Shown piece by piece: positions 47,906 to 61,720 of a DNA stretch of 64,000 nt. Position 1 is the first letter of the stretch. Each line of letters begins with the position of its first letter. The position numbers and the translations under genes were made by a program. Origin of the DNA: Octopus sinensis (lineage: Eukaryota); the NCBI RefSeq assembly GCF_006345805.1, contig NC_043005.1:22072001-22136000 (forward strand). The letters are read 5' to 3'. Below the pieces are notes generated by a model. That model made no database searches, was not told the DNA's origin, and saw only the letters and a program-made list of their open reading frames with translations.

Positions 47906-48992
47906 AACCCTTTCATTACTATATGTTAAAAAGAGGCTATTTTAAAACAATTTTAAGATAACAATGGGATATTTACTGATGGATGACTATACTGAGAGTA
48001 GTCAAATTTATTATGATGATCCAAGTCCAAACTTAACAATTAACAATTCATTTTTTCCCCACTGATCTTTGAAAAAGACATTGTAAATGAAAGATTTTAA
48101 CCAACCATATTATTACTGTATTGAAAGAGTTAAGGAGATAAATAACCCAAAGGAAAATTAGTCAGAATTGAAGAGGAAGAGATTGATAGAAAAAGAGAAT
48201 TATGGTAGCAAAAAAAGAGTGGTCATTGAAGAGAGAAAGAAATAATGAGAGGGAGAGAGGAGGGCTGTGTGATGGTGGTGGCAGAGAAAAAAACAGGACA
48301 AAGAAGAAATGGTCTGTTAAGCAGATTTGTGGCAATATGGGAAAACATTAAATGTTTTCCCATATTGCCACAAATCTTTGATGCCAAAGCCTTAGATGTT
48401 CTCTTTGTAATAAATTCAAAGTTCCAAAGGGAATTTTACCAACTTAGGCATAATTAGTGCATGAGAGAGAGAGAAAGAAAGAGAGAGAGAGGTGTAGAGT
48501 AGAAGATAGATAGTGAGTAGAAGGATTATATTAGTCAGTATTTGTTAGTTACAATCAACTTTTCATGTTTGATAATCCTCAGCTCTAAACTACCAGCTGA
48601 ACTTGATGAAATACATCAATAAGACCTGTATGTTTTCTTAGCATTATCTTTCTCTCACTGAAAAACCCTCTGGTGTCCCACTTTCTGTTCTTTGCACTTG
48701 CAGTGAACCACACCATCTTTGTTCCAAGGCTTTATTTGGTGAAGTAATGAATGAAACATTTTACTGTATTTACTGACATCTTGTGTTTGCTACTAGGGGT
48801 TGTCTTACCCAGCAATGCAGTGAACTGTCTGCACCAGATTTGAAATCATAACCTATGGGTAGGCTATCTATTACCAAATCCACACAGTCATTTTTTTTTT
48901 TTTAATATTGATTAAAATAGTGTTAACACTTGATTAAAGAGCATATAAACCCGCTTGCATTTATACAACTGTAAAATACATAATAATATTAT

Positions 48993-49023
<31 letters not shown>

Positions 49024-49419
49024 CTAAGATGCCTGGGTATTTAGTTTCTTTTACATTTGATTTCGAATCTCACAGGAATAAACTTTGTTCTGCTTCTCAG
49101 GCAGGGTTGTTGTGGCATCTCACAAAATCTTTGACTGCAACTCCTGTATTTGTACTAATAATATATTTCTTATATTAATTGGAAAACCATAACATACATA
49201 TACAGTTTAAATCATCATGTTACTAAGTAATAAGGTGTGATTTTGAAGGGGAGTTGGATGCTAATTCTAATATGTCAATGGCTACTTAGTTCTGTAATTG
49301 GCTCCATTTGCTTTTGGATTTGAGTATTTATCCCCAAAATATGTAATTTTGTTATTCCATTTCATTGTTGCCATTTGCTGCCTTTGTAAAAAAAAATATA
49401 TATATATTAGCATCATGGT

Positions 49420-50720
49420 CTTAATAATCCTTTCTACTATAGGCAAAGCTTGAAATTTTTGGGGAGGAGGTTTAAGTTGATTACATTGGCTCCACTACTT
49501 GACTGGTACTTATTTAATTGATGCCAATAGGATGAAAGGCAAAATTGACCTTGGTGGCATTTCAACTCAGAATGTAAAGCTGGAAGAAATGTCATCCACC
49601 ATGTTAATGATTATGCCAGCTCACTGCTTTGATGATGATGACGATGATGACAGTTTCAAATTTTGGCACAAGGCCAGCAATTTTGAAGAAGTGAGTAAGT
49701 TGGTTACATCAACCACTGTGCTCAACTGGTTCTTATTTTATCAACCCTGAAAGGATCAAAAGTCAATCTCAGAAGAATTTGGACTCAAAATGTAAAGACC
49801 AATGAAATGCCACTAAGCATTTTGCCCATTGTAACAATTCTGCCAGCTTGCTGCAATAATAATAGTTATTATGATAACTCTTTCTGCTATAGGCATAAGG
49901 CCTGAAATTTTTGATTAGGCTAGTCTATTGCATCGACCTTAGTGCTCAATTGGTAATTATTTTAATGACTCCCAAGGGCTGAAAGGCAGTTGACCATGGC
50001 AGTATTTGAACTCAGAACATAAAGCCAAAAGAAATAACTACCTGTCAGTTACAAGTGTCAATGATATCAGCTTATCCCCTCTTTTCACAATTACTGGCCT
50101 TCTGCAGAAACTAGACTCGGGCAGAATCGATAGCATGTCAGACAAAATGCTTAGCAGCATTTCATCTGTCTTTACCTTCTGAGTTCAAACTCTGCTGAGG
50201 TCAACTTTGCTTTTCATCCTTTTGGGGTTGATAAATTAAGTACCAGTGAAACACTGGGACCGAAGTAATCAACTAGTTCCCTCTCCCACAATTTCAGGCC
50301 TTATGCCAATAGTAGAAAGGATTATTATTATTAACAGTGAACTGGCAGAATTGTTAGTATGCCAGGCAAAATGTTAAGCAGAATTTCGTCTATCTTTATA
50401 TTCTCTATTCAAATTCTGCTGAGGTCAGCTTTGCCTTTCATCCTTTCAAGGTTGATTAAATAAGCACCAGTTATACACTGGGGTTGATATAATCAACTTA
50501 TCCCCTCTCCACAAATTTCAGGCTTTGTACCTTTAGTAGAAAGGATTATTATTATTAAGGCAGTATGTTGGCTGAACTGTTAGCATATCAAGCAAAGTGC
50601 TTAGCAACATTTCATCCCGCCTTTGAAATTGTTCAAATTCTGCCACGGTTGACTTTACCTTTCACCCTGAGCTCCGGGGTTGATTTAATCAACTTACCTT
50701 ATTTCCTGAAATGGCCTAGT
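49420..50720. mobile_element. Cluster of at least six tandem and inverted SINE-body fragments
   Basis: Recurrent gaggtcaactttgc..tcatcc..ggg(g)ttgata..taagtacca and gaaatttt..actggtacttattt blocks in both orientations, each ending in (ATT)n. Confidence 0.7.
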
Positions 50721-50799
50721 GCCAAAATTTGAAATTATTATGTTCATTCTTTGAACTCTGGTTCTGTTGGAACTCCTGGAGTCTTGCATGCATAGTGGG

Positions 50800-51450
50800 C
50801 TTGCTATCTGCAGCCTACAGTACCATGCTTTCTGTTCTCTTCAATTATCTAATATTTTCCTGATGATTCTGGATGTGTCAAGGAGACCAACTATTTTCAA
50901 CAGCTCTATTGAGCACCCTATTCCCATTCCCTTTATATTCTTCTTTTTATCTTCTGATACTGTCCCCAAGGCCCCAACAATAACTGACACTATCTTCACT
51001 TCCATCAGTTTCCACAATTGGGCTCTCTTATATTCAAGAGGATTGTATATATTGTTTTGCCTTTCTTCTTAACTATTTTTGGGTTAAATGGGCATGCAAC
51101 ATCAACTGTAGAGCACATGTGGTTCACCTTGCCCACCACCACTTGTGCTCAACCTCCCAGTCTGTTTGAATGGGAAATCTCACAAGATTTTGTTGGTTTC
51201 CAACTTGCTCATTCTTTGTGGTTTTGTTTCTCACTTGTCATACAGTTTCCAATGCAGCACTTTCACTACCTCATCATGTTACTACAACTTTGGTTTTGGA
51301 CAAGTCAAGGGTATACATTCACAATACGGGCAATGGTTTCATCAAATCCATTACAAATTTGGCACAAAGAAGACAATTGCTCATTTCCAAATTGTTGCCA
51401 GAGCTTGTGTTTGCACTGTAAATAGTGTTCTTGATATCCTTTTTAAGTGC
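50800..51450 (-). mobile_element. R4/Dong-like LINE 3' remnant
   Basis: The minus strand gives CQICNGFDETIARIV (degenerate CCHC) and LWKLMEVKIVSVIVGALGTV. Confidence 0.6.
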
Positions 51451-54400
51451 TCCTTTCTTTAACAGGTAGGACACCTGTTCTCTAGCAACTTTTGTTGTGG
51501 CTACTGTACTTCGTTTTTTTTTTTTCTATTTTTTCTACTTTCACTTATTATTAAAGGTGATGGAGGAAATACCCTGTGATATTTACTTACAGTGTTTCCT
51601 TAACATTATGACTTCAGGTTTTGCCAGTTCATCTTTGCCTTTCATCCTTTTGAGGTGGGTTGAAGTTTTTGATTGATTTACATATCTGGCAAAGACTGGT
51701 AACAGTTTATTTGACTGTACCCTCTTTTCCCAAACATTTGTGACCTCGTGCCTTTGTTAGAAATCCTTATTGCAATTTGCAGAATTGCTAGGAATAGTAG
51801 GTGAAATGCCTTGCAGTATTTATAACCTTTACATTTTGAGTTCAAATCCTGCGGTGGTCAACTTCACATTTATTTTTTTTAGTGGACTGATACAATACTA
51901 GTCAAATACTGAGATCTTTTGAATTATTTATATTCCATCTCACCTCAAGGTTTTGTTTATATGTGTATATTAGCATGCTTGTAGAAATAAAAATCAAGTG
52001 ACATTCCTTGTGGTAATAAAGACCAAGTGACATTTCTCCTCTTGGAATATTATCATATATTTTGATTGTTTTTAATTTCATTTTAACACCACCACCACTT
52101 TTCCTAACCCTGTAATGTCCCCTCATCCATTGTACTTGTAGCAGTAATAAAAATTATTATTACTGCTTTAAAAAGATCAATTGATCTTTTCTCCCTATTC
52201 AAATAAGGAACATTGTCCCCTTCTCTGTCTCTTTTTCCTACCTTTGTAGTTTTCTCATCCTAAAACTAAAGCAAAAAAAAAATAAACAGCAAAAAACCCA
52301 AAATACATCAGTTGAAACACACACACACACACTCTTCTCTCTCTCTCTCTCTCTCTCTCTCGCTTGCTTGCTCTATCCTTCTCTCTTCTCTGTTTCTTTC
52401 TCATCTTCTTTCAGATTTCCTTCCCCACTCTTTCTCTATTTGTCATCCTTTTATAGTCCCCTCACCACCAATCTGTATATGTTTTATTGCTGGTTTTCAT
52501 GTGTTCTCAACTATCTATTGATGCTGCCCCTTGCAGCCTTATAGCTCCATGGCAAGCCTATAATCAAATCATTCAGCTTTCTTAGATACAATTAAAAAAT
52601 CAAAGCTCCCTACTCTACTCCCTGTTGCCCACTCATGAAATCTCTAACTTTTATTACAGTACTGTGGTATTTGTTTAGTTCATCCTTTATCAACAGATGA
52701 TCAATGAAATTTACCTGAATGACCTCAATTTTTTTGTTATCTTCAACTGCTTTCTGGTGATTTTTCTAACACTGCATATATATTTGAGAGAATTTTCAAA
52801 ATAATCAAGTATTTTTTGTATTTAGTAAAATAATTAATGTAGTTATTAAGTTGATGTTAGGGATATAGTTTCCTAAATAGTTTTTAAATTTAAAAAGTAA
52901 AAGGTTGAAGTGATACCAAGAAAGCAGAGCAATGGCATGAAAGGTGTTTATTTTTCATAACATTGTCATATCATTGAAGACTAGGTTTTTGCATTAACTT
53001 TTACCACCATATCTGTGAATTCCCCTCCAGGCCTCCCTTTAAATGTTTAGTGTCAGGTCATCCCTGATTGTGTAGACCTATAATGAAAGGGGCTTGAGAT
53101 GTTGATTTTGTCTTTTATTCAGTGTATGTATAATTTTCTTTTTTAGTATGTGAGTTAAGGATGATTTGACTGCTTATTCTAGCAAATTGAGTGGTTACAT
53201 AGATTTGTGGCAAAGTTAGGATTTGTATGTTTGAAAACATCTTTTTAAAATATAAGAATATGAATGCAAGTGGATATCTCAAGTGCTTCAAATAAAATAC
53301 ACAGTATTCAATTCTCACATCACTCATACTGTGTTTCTCCCCACCAGTGCTTTGCAAGCTACTGTATATAATCCTTCCTTCCCAGATCATCAGCTATACA
53401 GAATTCCCTATTTGAACATATATTGGTTTACAGATATTCAAGTTGAATGTCATACATATCTATGTCATCAGTCTTTGAGGGCCTGCAAAAATTGTAGGCA
53501 CTGCTCTTCTTGGGCTGAAACCAATTTTAAGCAGCACTGTTAATGTACCAGCATTGGATTCAACCAGTTAGTCACCGATAAAGATTACTTTTGTACATAA
53601 TAAAAAAAATCAATTATTAATTGTTAAGGGAGATAGCTTTTTGTTATTTATCACAGAATTATTAAAGCATTGACAAAGTACTTTGGATATTTGTTCTGGC
53701 TCTTTACACCCCAAATTTAAATCCTGCCATGGTCAGATGCACCTTCCATTTTTTTAGTTCAATAAAATAAAGTATTGGTCAAGCCTGGAAATTGACATAG
53801 TCACCTACACCACCACCACCAATTTCTGGCCTTGTGTCTATGTCAGAAACACCATTATTAAAGTTATAATTTTTGGGGTGATAAATCTTTTTTATCTCTT
53901 AGATTTAAAGGATTGCTATCATATTTTGATCAGTTTGGTCTTCAATCATTATCAAATGTCATATAATCCTGAATGTAACTAACTGAATTAGAAAATATGG
54001 ATATTGACACCTGAATAATGAACATTTTTTAGGTTATTTATATTCACCTTTCAGTGAAGGCTACACATTGATCTTGGGTTAATAGCAAGCATTATATATA
54101 CTACTATTTCAATTTTCTTTTTAATATTCCACTATGATTCTCTATCAGTTACAGGAATTTAATTCCTTATTGGTATGTATTTTCATTTCTTGCATCATTT
54201 ATATTCAGCTGTTCTCATTAAGAACTTTCCAATGTTCCTTTAGGGACCTCTCTCAGTTTCTGCTTTATAATATAGTTCACAGTTCTTAAGTTCTTGTTAC
54301 CCTTGTGTAGATTTAGTTTTAGTTAGAAATCTGTGAGGTGTAGTGTTACTTTTGATCACAGTCCTTGTGTTGAATTTTCTCAGACAATCCCCTGAAATGA

Positions 54401-54494
54401 GGTAGACATAATGAGTTTCATTTAACCTTTACATTGTACTGGGTATATTTTTTCAGGATTGTGTTTTCAGTTGGCTCACTTCATTTAATATGCA

Positions 54495-54720
54495 CATGCA
54501 CAAGCGTGGCTGTGTGGTAAGAAGTTTGCTTCCCAACCACCTGGTTCTGGGTTCAGTTCCACTGCGTGGCACCTTGGGCAAGTGTCTTTTGCCATAGCCT
54601 TGGGTTGACTAAAGCCTTGTGAGTGGATTTGGTAGTCGGAAACTGAAAGAAGCCTGTTGTATACATGTAGATGTTTGTGTGTCTGTGTTTGTCCCCCCAC
54701 CATTGCCTGACAACTTAGAT
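54495..54720 (+). mobile_element. tRNA-derived SINE (5' half)
   Basis: cgtggctgtgtggtaagaagtttgcttccc..ggttctgggttcagttccactg head plus conserved body. Confidence 0.8.
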
Positions 54721-56137
54721 GTGATGTGTGAAATTTGTATTAGTTTAAACTAGTGTTTCTCAACCCGGGGCCCATATAGCCCTTGGGTGGGGTCCATCTG
54801 TGTTGTTGCTAAAAATTATGTGCAATAAAGTGATTATACTTCTACAACACACAAAATATTCAGCAATTTTTTTTTAGTACAATTCCTTTTTTTAAATATT
54901 GAATGGTTGTGTGGGTCCACCCAAGTAAAAGAGGAATCAAAGAGGGGTCCATAAATAAAAAGTTGGTTTACGCACAGACACACAATCACACTCACACTAG
55001 TTCTGAGGAAGCTGAAGCTTTACTGACGCTTCTCCATTACACACTTGCAATCTATATATTGATGAGTGGGAAAGGGAAAGTCTTAAAACTGTAACTGGCA
55101 AGTTGGCTGGCTATGCTTGAATTGTAACCTGCTGCTGCTTTAATTGTTTTCTAACATAGGCACAGGGCCAGAAATTTGGTGCAGGAGGTTAACCAGTTAT
55201 ATCAACTCCAGAAGATCAAAAGACAAAATTGCCCTGAGTAGCTATTTCAACTTAGAAGCAAAACAAATACTGCAAAATATTTTTTCTTTACTGCTCTAAT
55301 GATTTTTAACAAACAGTAATGATTTCAAATTTTGGCACAAGGTCAGCATTTTCGGAGGAGGGGTTAAGTTGATGGCATCAACTCCAGTACTCAACTGGTA
55401 CTTATTTCATCGACCCCAAAAGTATGAAGGACAGATGTATGGAATTTGAATGTGAAGATGGATGAAATGTCACTAAGCATTTCACCTTGCATGCTAATGA
55501 TTCTGCCAACTTGCCCTGATGCAATAAGTAGTGACTCTCATAGCTTTTGATCTTAACTGATCGGAAATGTTTACATTCTATATGTTTTGTCTTGGAGTAA
55601 AAGATGGGCTGCAACAAATAGTTTGTTCAATACCACAGATTTGCTTGTCAGTTGCTTGACCATGACCAGTTGAGCATGTCTCTTAGTGACTGGCAATATG
55701 TGCATCTCTGATTACAAGCAGAGTAATGGAGGAGCATCATAGCCATGTACCGAGGGGAATTCTTTGGGGGTTTGAATAATTCACTTCTAGAAACATGGGG
55801 ACCTTTTGAGCAGGATGGGCAACTTGACCTGAAGAAAATTTTAACTGAGTGTCACCTGCAATGTCATGTGCTGTTTATCTTGATATGAGGTTACTATGTT
55901 GTGCACAGTTGGCAATGATGCATGTGCCTGGTATACTCATAACAGATGGATATATTGAGTTTTGTATATTTGTACTCCAGCATCACTTTGATGGCATATG
56001 CTGCTTTTACACTCAATAATAATAATGATAATTTCTTTTATTAGTCACAGGGGCATGGATGAGGATGACATCACAAGAACAGATGACAATTTGTATGGGG
56101 ATTTATATGGGGAGAAAGAAACGGAAAAGATGGTGAA

Positions 56138-56155
56138 ATAATAATAATAATAATT

Positions 56156-56186
<31 letters not shown>

Positions 56187-56220
56187 TGATAATAATAATA
56201 ATGATGATGATAATAATAAT
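56138..56220. repeat. (AAT)n microsatellite
   Basis: Direct reading. Confidence 0.95.
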
Positions 56221-57207
56221 GGCAGAAGGCCAGCAATATAGAGGGTAGGGGACAAGTTGATTACATTGACTCCAGTACTTGACTGATACTTTATCAACCT
56301 TGAAAGGATGAAAGGCAATGTTGACTTCAGAATCTGCCTTAATGGCTCTGCCAATCCTTTGCTCAGCAGCAGCAGTAGTAGTAATAATAGTAGTAGTCTG
56401 CTCTCTATCTTTGTCAGCCAGTTACATAATTATATTAAGTTTCATAATTACATATCAGTTGTATAATTATACATGTCTGCAATATGCAGTAAATATTTAA
56501 CAGATCTTTTAATAATAATGTGGCAGGTAGTAAGCAGTTTCTATTTTAGATCAGCTTATCTTATTGGTGTTGTTCTTCCAGATTTATGGAAATAGAGATG
56601 TATTTTTTTTTCATTTGCTTTAGCAAGGATTTATATTCTGTGTATCTTGTCTTAAATGTATCACTTTTGATCTTCTCTCTTGATGTTCTTTTGATGTTCT
56701 CTCTTGAAAGGACATTAATTTTTACCATTTAGAATGTAGAATAATGTGTTGTTTTAGCTATATTTGTCTAACCTTGTAGTATGTCTTGAGGTGCAGTTGT
56801 TTTCACTGGTTTTATGTAATGTGCATCCCACAGTTTATGTGTAGAAATAGCTGAATTTAGCATTGTTTCTATTTTAAGGGAAATGTTTCCTGATTTAAGT
56901 AGGGATATTTTGTACTATGTTGGATAGTTAAGCCCAAATCTTTTTATTCTAGTTCTACTGGTTGTTGTTTAACTTCAAGTCAACCCTGATAAAGCAGACA
57001 TTTGATCGGAATTGTTTTAGTCATAGCTATTCTGCCAATCTTCAGTTATAATGTATCTATGGTTACATAATCCCATTTTGAAGATGTTAGGGTATGGTTT
57101 AAGGGATATTTGGCTTTTATTTCTAGACTTTCTTGTGAGTTTGATGCTTCATATGTCATAAGAACAAGAATGAGACTGCTCTCACTTTTGTTCACTAAGT
57201 ATTTTTA

Positions 57208-57351
57208 GGCATGGCTGTGTGGTAAGAGGCTTGCTCCCCAACAACCTAGTAGCACTTTTGCCAAGTGTCTTCTACTATAGCTTTGGGTGGAACAAAGCCT
57301 TGTGAGTGGATTTGGTAGATAGAAACTGAAAGAAGATCGTCATACATGCAT

Positions 57352-57382
<31 letters not shown>

Positions 57383-57480
57383 TATATATATGTATGTATG
57401 TATGGTATGTGTATCTTTGTATCTGCATTTGTCCCTCATCACCACTTGACAACCAGTGGGGGTGTGTTTCTGTTCCCATA
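57208..57480 (+). mobile_element. tRNA-derived SINE with an internal deletion
   Basis: ggcatggctgtgtggtaagag head and gccttgtgagtggatttggtaga.aaactgaaagaag body. Confidence 0.7.
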
Positions 57481-59777
57481 ATTTAGCAGTTCAGCTCCAC
57501 TAAAAATTCTTCAAAGCAGTGCCCTAGCATGTCCACTGTCTAATGACAAAAACAAGTAAAAAAAATATTACATTTAGTAAACAATAGTAATATTGATTAC
57601 ATGTTTCCATGTAAACAGTGGTGAGAATGACGAGTGATGCATCTTACCAATTTAGGCAGAAGAAATGCTACAAAGTATTATCATTTCAAAGTTCTGATTG
57701 GTCAGTTTTCCTGATGTTTACATTTTTCACTCTTCCCATATATACGTACATGATGGGTTTTTGCATAATTTCCATCTACTAAATTCCACCCACAAAACAT
57801 GGGTTAACACAAAGGTATGTTAGAAGACATCTGTTTGTCGAGTGAACTCCTTGACTATATTGTCATGCTTGTAGCATTATATTCTGAAATGTGCAAGCAT
57901 GGCTATGTGGTCAAGAAATTTCATAAGCGCTCGTGCACACGCACGCACATACACACACACACACACATGCACACATAGTATCACTGAATTTTTGAAAATA
58001 TTTAATTCTAACATCAACTGCATTTTTTATTGGAGAGCATCCCAAAAAACATTTTGATATCAAAAATTTGGATGAATATTTTCGGAAATATGATAGTGGG
58101 ACTAGTCAGTGAATTGGTCAAAATTTTGTCTAATTAGGTTTAATTGAATGATTAGCCATATCTTTGAAACTGAGGTGATAATCATCATCATACTACACAA
58201 ATTAATAGTGTTCATGGTATAGCTGTTTCCCATTTTTTTCAGGTTCTTGAAAATGAAATTTTGTTTTTTTATGTAAAGCCTTTTTTTTTTTTGCTTATAA
58301 CAATTGATTTTGCAGTGTTTTTAGACCTCACCAAATCCAAAATTACAAGCCATAGGGACTTGTGTTTTGGCACATTTGTAGTAGGTATAGAACTATAATA
58401 CATAGATCCTGAGATTTTGGAACATGATACCATTTCAATATAATTTTAATGGACTATTAAAAATGATTATGTGGGCATCTTGATCTTGGATCAGGATGCC
58501 CACAATCAGTTGGATGTTCTCCATTTTGATGGAGATTTTTCCATTTCTTAAAATTTTCACTGTGGCCTTGGAAATGATGCAGAGAAGCTTTTTATATATA
58601 CAAAAACATTTTTGAAAATTTTATTTCCCCCTTCCACCTCTCTGGACTAATTTTGACCAATTTGTTTTTGCACTAAGCTCTTAAATATGATGGGAGAAGC
58701 CTTTTCAGTAAAGAAAAAAATTTTTTTTCTTATGAAGATATTTTCAAATGAGATGTATGATTTAAAAAGGAATTTAGCTGGTGTTTCTAGCACATCCAAT
58801 GACCACCAGGTACCTTCCTCATTTCTTCATCACTCTGACCTGTATTGATGTCTTGCAGTATTTTTCTCACTATAAAGATATTTTATGGATTGATGATGTG
58901 GAAGTAACACACAGGTTTTGTTTAGCCCAAGGTCCCTTGCTGGGATTTAAGCAACCATAAATAAATTTAGTAATTTAAACCCCACTCCCAATCAAGCAAT
59001 TCTGTGTAAAAAAAAAACAGTTACTTACAGAAAATTATGCTGTTAAAATAAATTATCTTTTGTATGCTTTTTTTAATTCCCGAGATAAATCCCAGTAATG
59101 ACTTTCTCAGGCTCTCCAATATTTTAAAATTATAAACAAAAACAGAGTGAAAAAAATCGTAAATTTTCAAAAAAATTTTTTTTTAATATCAGAGCATACT
59201 TTTCTGTTAGTAATGTCTTTCCTTACGCACACACACTCACTTGATATAGGGGTGGGTAGTCATGGTATATGCTAGAAACAACAGCTAAATCCTCTTTAAA
59301 TCATGCACCTTTCCGTCTAACATACTTTTCTTTTAGTAAATGTTATTTTTTATACACACACATTGCTTGTCAAATGCCAGATTGACAAGTAGCGTCGCTA
59401 TGCATTAATCCTATATGAGCATCCACGGTAGTCCCTTTTTTATTGTCTTTGCACTTTTGCGCCATATCATGGTCTGATTCAAGAATAGCTTGAAAAGAAA
59501 GTTCACATACAGAACTTTCAAATGATATATAATTTCCCGTGGAAAATAAGTATTTTCACATGAAAATGATCGTGCAAAAGATGGGTTTTTGCGTGGTCAG
59601 ATCGTGTTTGTCTCCCCTTCTTTCGACTTCTACAGTGATACTTTGTGCGCGCGCGTGCATAAATATAAAATTAGTTGATCTCTGTATTGTGTGTTATGCA
59701 ATTTTTATTATGATTTATACGTATTTGAATTGTTTCTGATGTTTACTTTTTATTAATGAGTTTCAATTTCATTTCAG

Positions 59778-59840
59778 GCAATTTATGACTCCCTTCCTTA
59801 TGTGACTATTTACAGAGATGAAGAAAAACGGCTTGATGTG
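59778..59840 (+). CDS. CACHD1: Exon 2 of the CACHD1-like gene (63 nt, AIYDSLPYVTIYRDEEKRLDV)
   Basis: Acceptor tttcaatttcatttcag| and donor |GTAAAT, phase 0-0. The peptide aligns with recalled CACHD1 RIFNSFVYTEKISNGESEVQQ directly after the exon-1 motif. Confidence 0.7.
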
Positions 59841-61299
59841 GTAAATATTAATTACTTCATTTCTGCTGGCTCTAATCCCACTGAATTATGGTTAAAGATA
59901 TTTCACCCATGACCATCTTGTCTTTCTTTCATACATAGTGCATCTAGGATTACATTATTCAGTATATGTTCCTTCTTGTAAGATATTTTATTATTTAAGG
60001 GAGACTGCTTCTATTTTTAAAAGATATAGCCACCATGTAGAGTCTCTTGTTGGCTCATTTAAGTTTGTATTTTCAGTATAGAGGAACTGTTGAGGGTCAG
60101 TGTTGTGCTTAGCTTAATTTAAAAAAAAAATTTTTTTATTAGTTAATAAGAAGTTGGACAGTGCCCTTAACCTATGTAAGCTCACTCAGTCTGGTGAAAT
60201 TAATGTGATTGATCTTGTATTAGACAAACTGTAGATTGAGTTTGCGTGAAAAATATGGGCAGGAAATGAATTTCAGAGAAATGATGTTGTGGGAAGGATT
60301 TAGTGCAAAATTTTTCGGAGTGAAACACTGTAGAATTTAGTGACCCAGCATTATATAGCCAGCTAGCTGAGAGGATCAGATTATGTTGTAGAAAAAGCAG
60401 GAAGAGGAATCAGCACATATGTGAACAAGTTTGAAGTGTGTTAGTGAATGCGTCTTTGCTAATGTAAAGTAGATAAATTTCTCCAGATATTCTGGTACTT
60501 ACTATAAACACCTGGATTATCTGAAACTCCTGAAAATGAATGTATAGCCAAAATATATGAAGCACTTGCAGTGGATTTGAACTCAAGATCTATGAGTTCT
60601 AAGTTATCAACATGGCCACCTCACTGTTACTGGTGTTAATGTTCTCTCACAGTGACTTTTTAAGGGTTAGCACTTCATGTTAGTTTTGTAGAATTATGTG
60701 AATGAGAAACGAATTTGTTTCCGAATTGTCAGTTGATCACAAGTATTATTTCCCTATTGATGTGAGAGTAGCAACAATTTAATTAGAAATGTTTTTGAAG
60801 AAAAAAAAAACACTTCTGTTTTGCCCAGAAAAATAGTGAATGCAGTGAATTTAGACTCGTGAACTATCAGGAAGGTAGTCCAGTTCCTTTATCTACTTGG
60901 CCATCGCACCTCTCTATTACATAAGCATAATATTATTATATAGTAACATTTTAACTTCTGCTGACAAACTATTTCAACAGGATTTTGGGAATGCAGAGTC
61001 AGGTGTCAAATACTGTCTAGTCTGTAAATATGAGACAATCTACATGGTATTTTTGTTACTCAGTAGGCTTTTTGTGTAGGGGGAATTTTATTTATTTATT
61101 ATAGTTTTAAAGTTCAAGTAACAACTTTTAAAATATACTGTAATATACAGAACACTCACATGTCAAGTGTAAAAGTAATTCTGGTAACTTCAAACCAACA
61201 AGCCCATTCCTTTTGACACTACCCCTTCTATTACCCTCAAGCAATGCACCCTATTTTCATGAAACTCTTCATCCCCACCATGTCTATTCCTCTGGAGAG

Positions 61300-61720
61300 A
61301 TCTTTATCTCAATCTTTGAAAACATGCTATAGTGTATTCCATCTAACCCTGCCAACAATTGTGCTATCACACCCATTTCCAACATGAAGGTGATGAAGGC
61401 AATTAGTATCAACAATCTTCTCTAACAACTTGAAACCCTCTTCTTCCTAACAAACACCAGTGTGGTTTTCATAAAGCCAAATTTACTAGAGACATACTCT
61501 CATGTCATACTCCATTGTGCTCTTGTCCTCAAGAAATTTAGTGTAAACAGTGTTGTTCAGCAGACTTGAGCAAAGCATTGGATCATGTTTGGCACTTTAG
61601 CCTCCTGCTAAAACTGCCTGTTGAGGGTCTCTTGGATCAGTGGTTTCCTGTTAGATTGCACCGTGGCTGTATTTACTTATGGAGCTGTCTCTGCTGTGCC
61701 TCAATACTCAGTTCTATCTG
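61300..61720 (+). mobile_element. CR1/L2-type LINE RT remnant
   Basis: NPANNCAITPISNMKVMKAI..HQCGFHKAK..DLSKALDHVWHFSLLLKL, degenerate RT domains 1-2. Confidence 0.6.

Larger units (their letters stand above)
24746..59777 (+). other. 35,032-bp intron 1 of the CACHD1-like gene
   Basis: GT..AG boundaries, phase 0 at both ends. The joined peptide GVTTMQ|AIYDSL is collinear with CACHD1 GVVTMQRIFNSF. Confidence 0.7.

Noticed and set aside
58225-58300. Strong-looking acceptor ttcccatttttttcag| as an alternative exon 2
   Set aside because: The downstream sequence has no CACHD1-like residues and no good donor in range.
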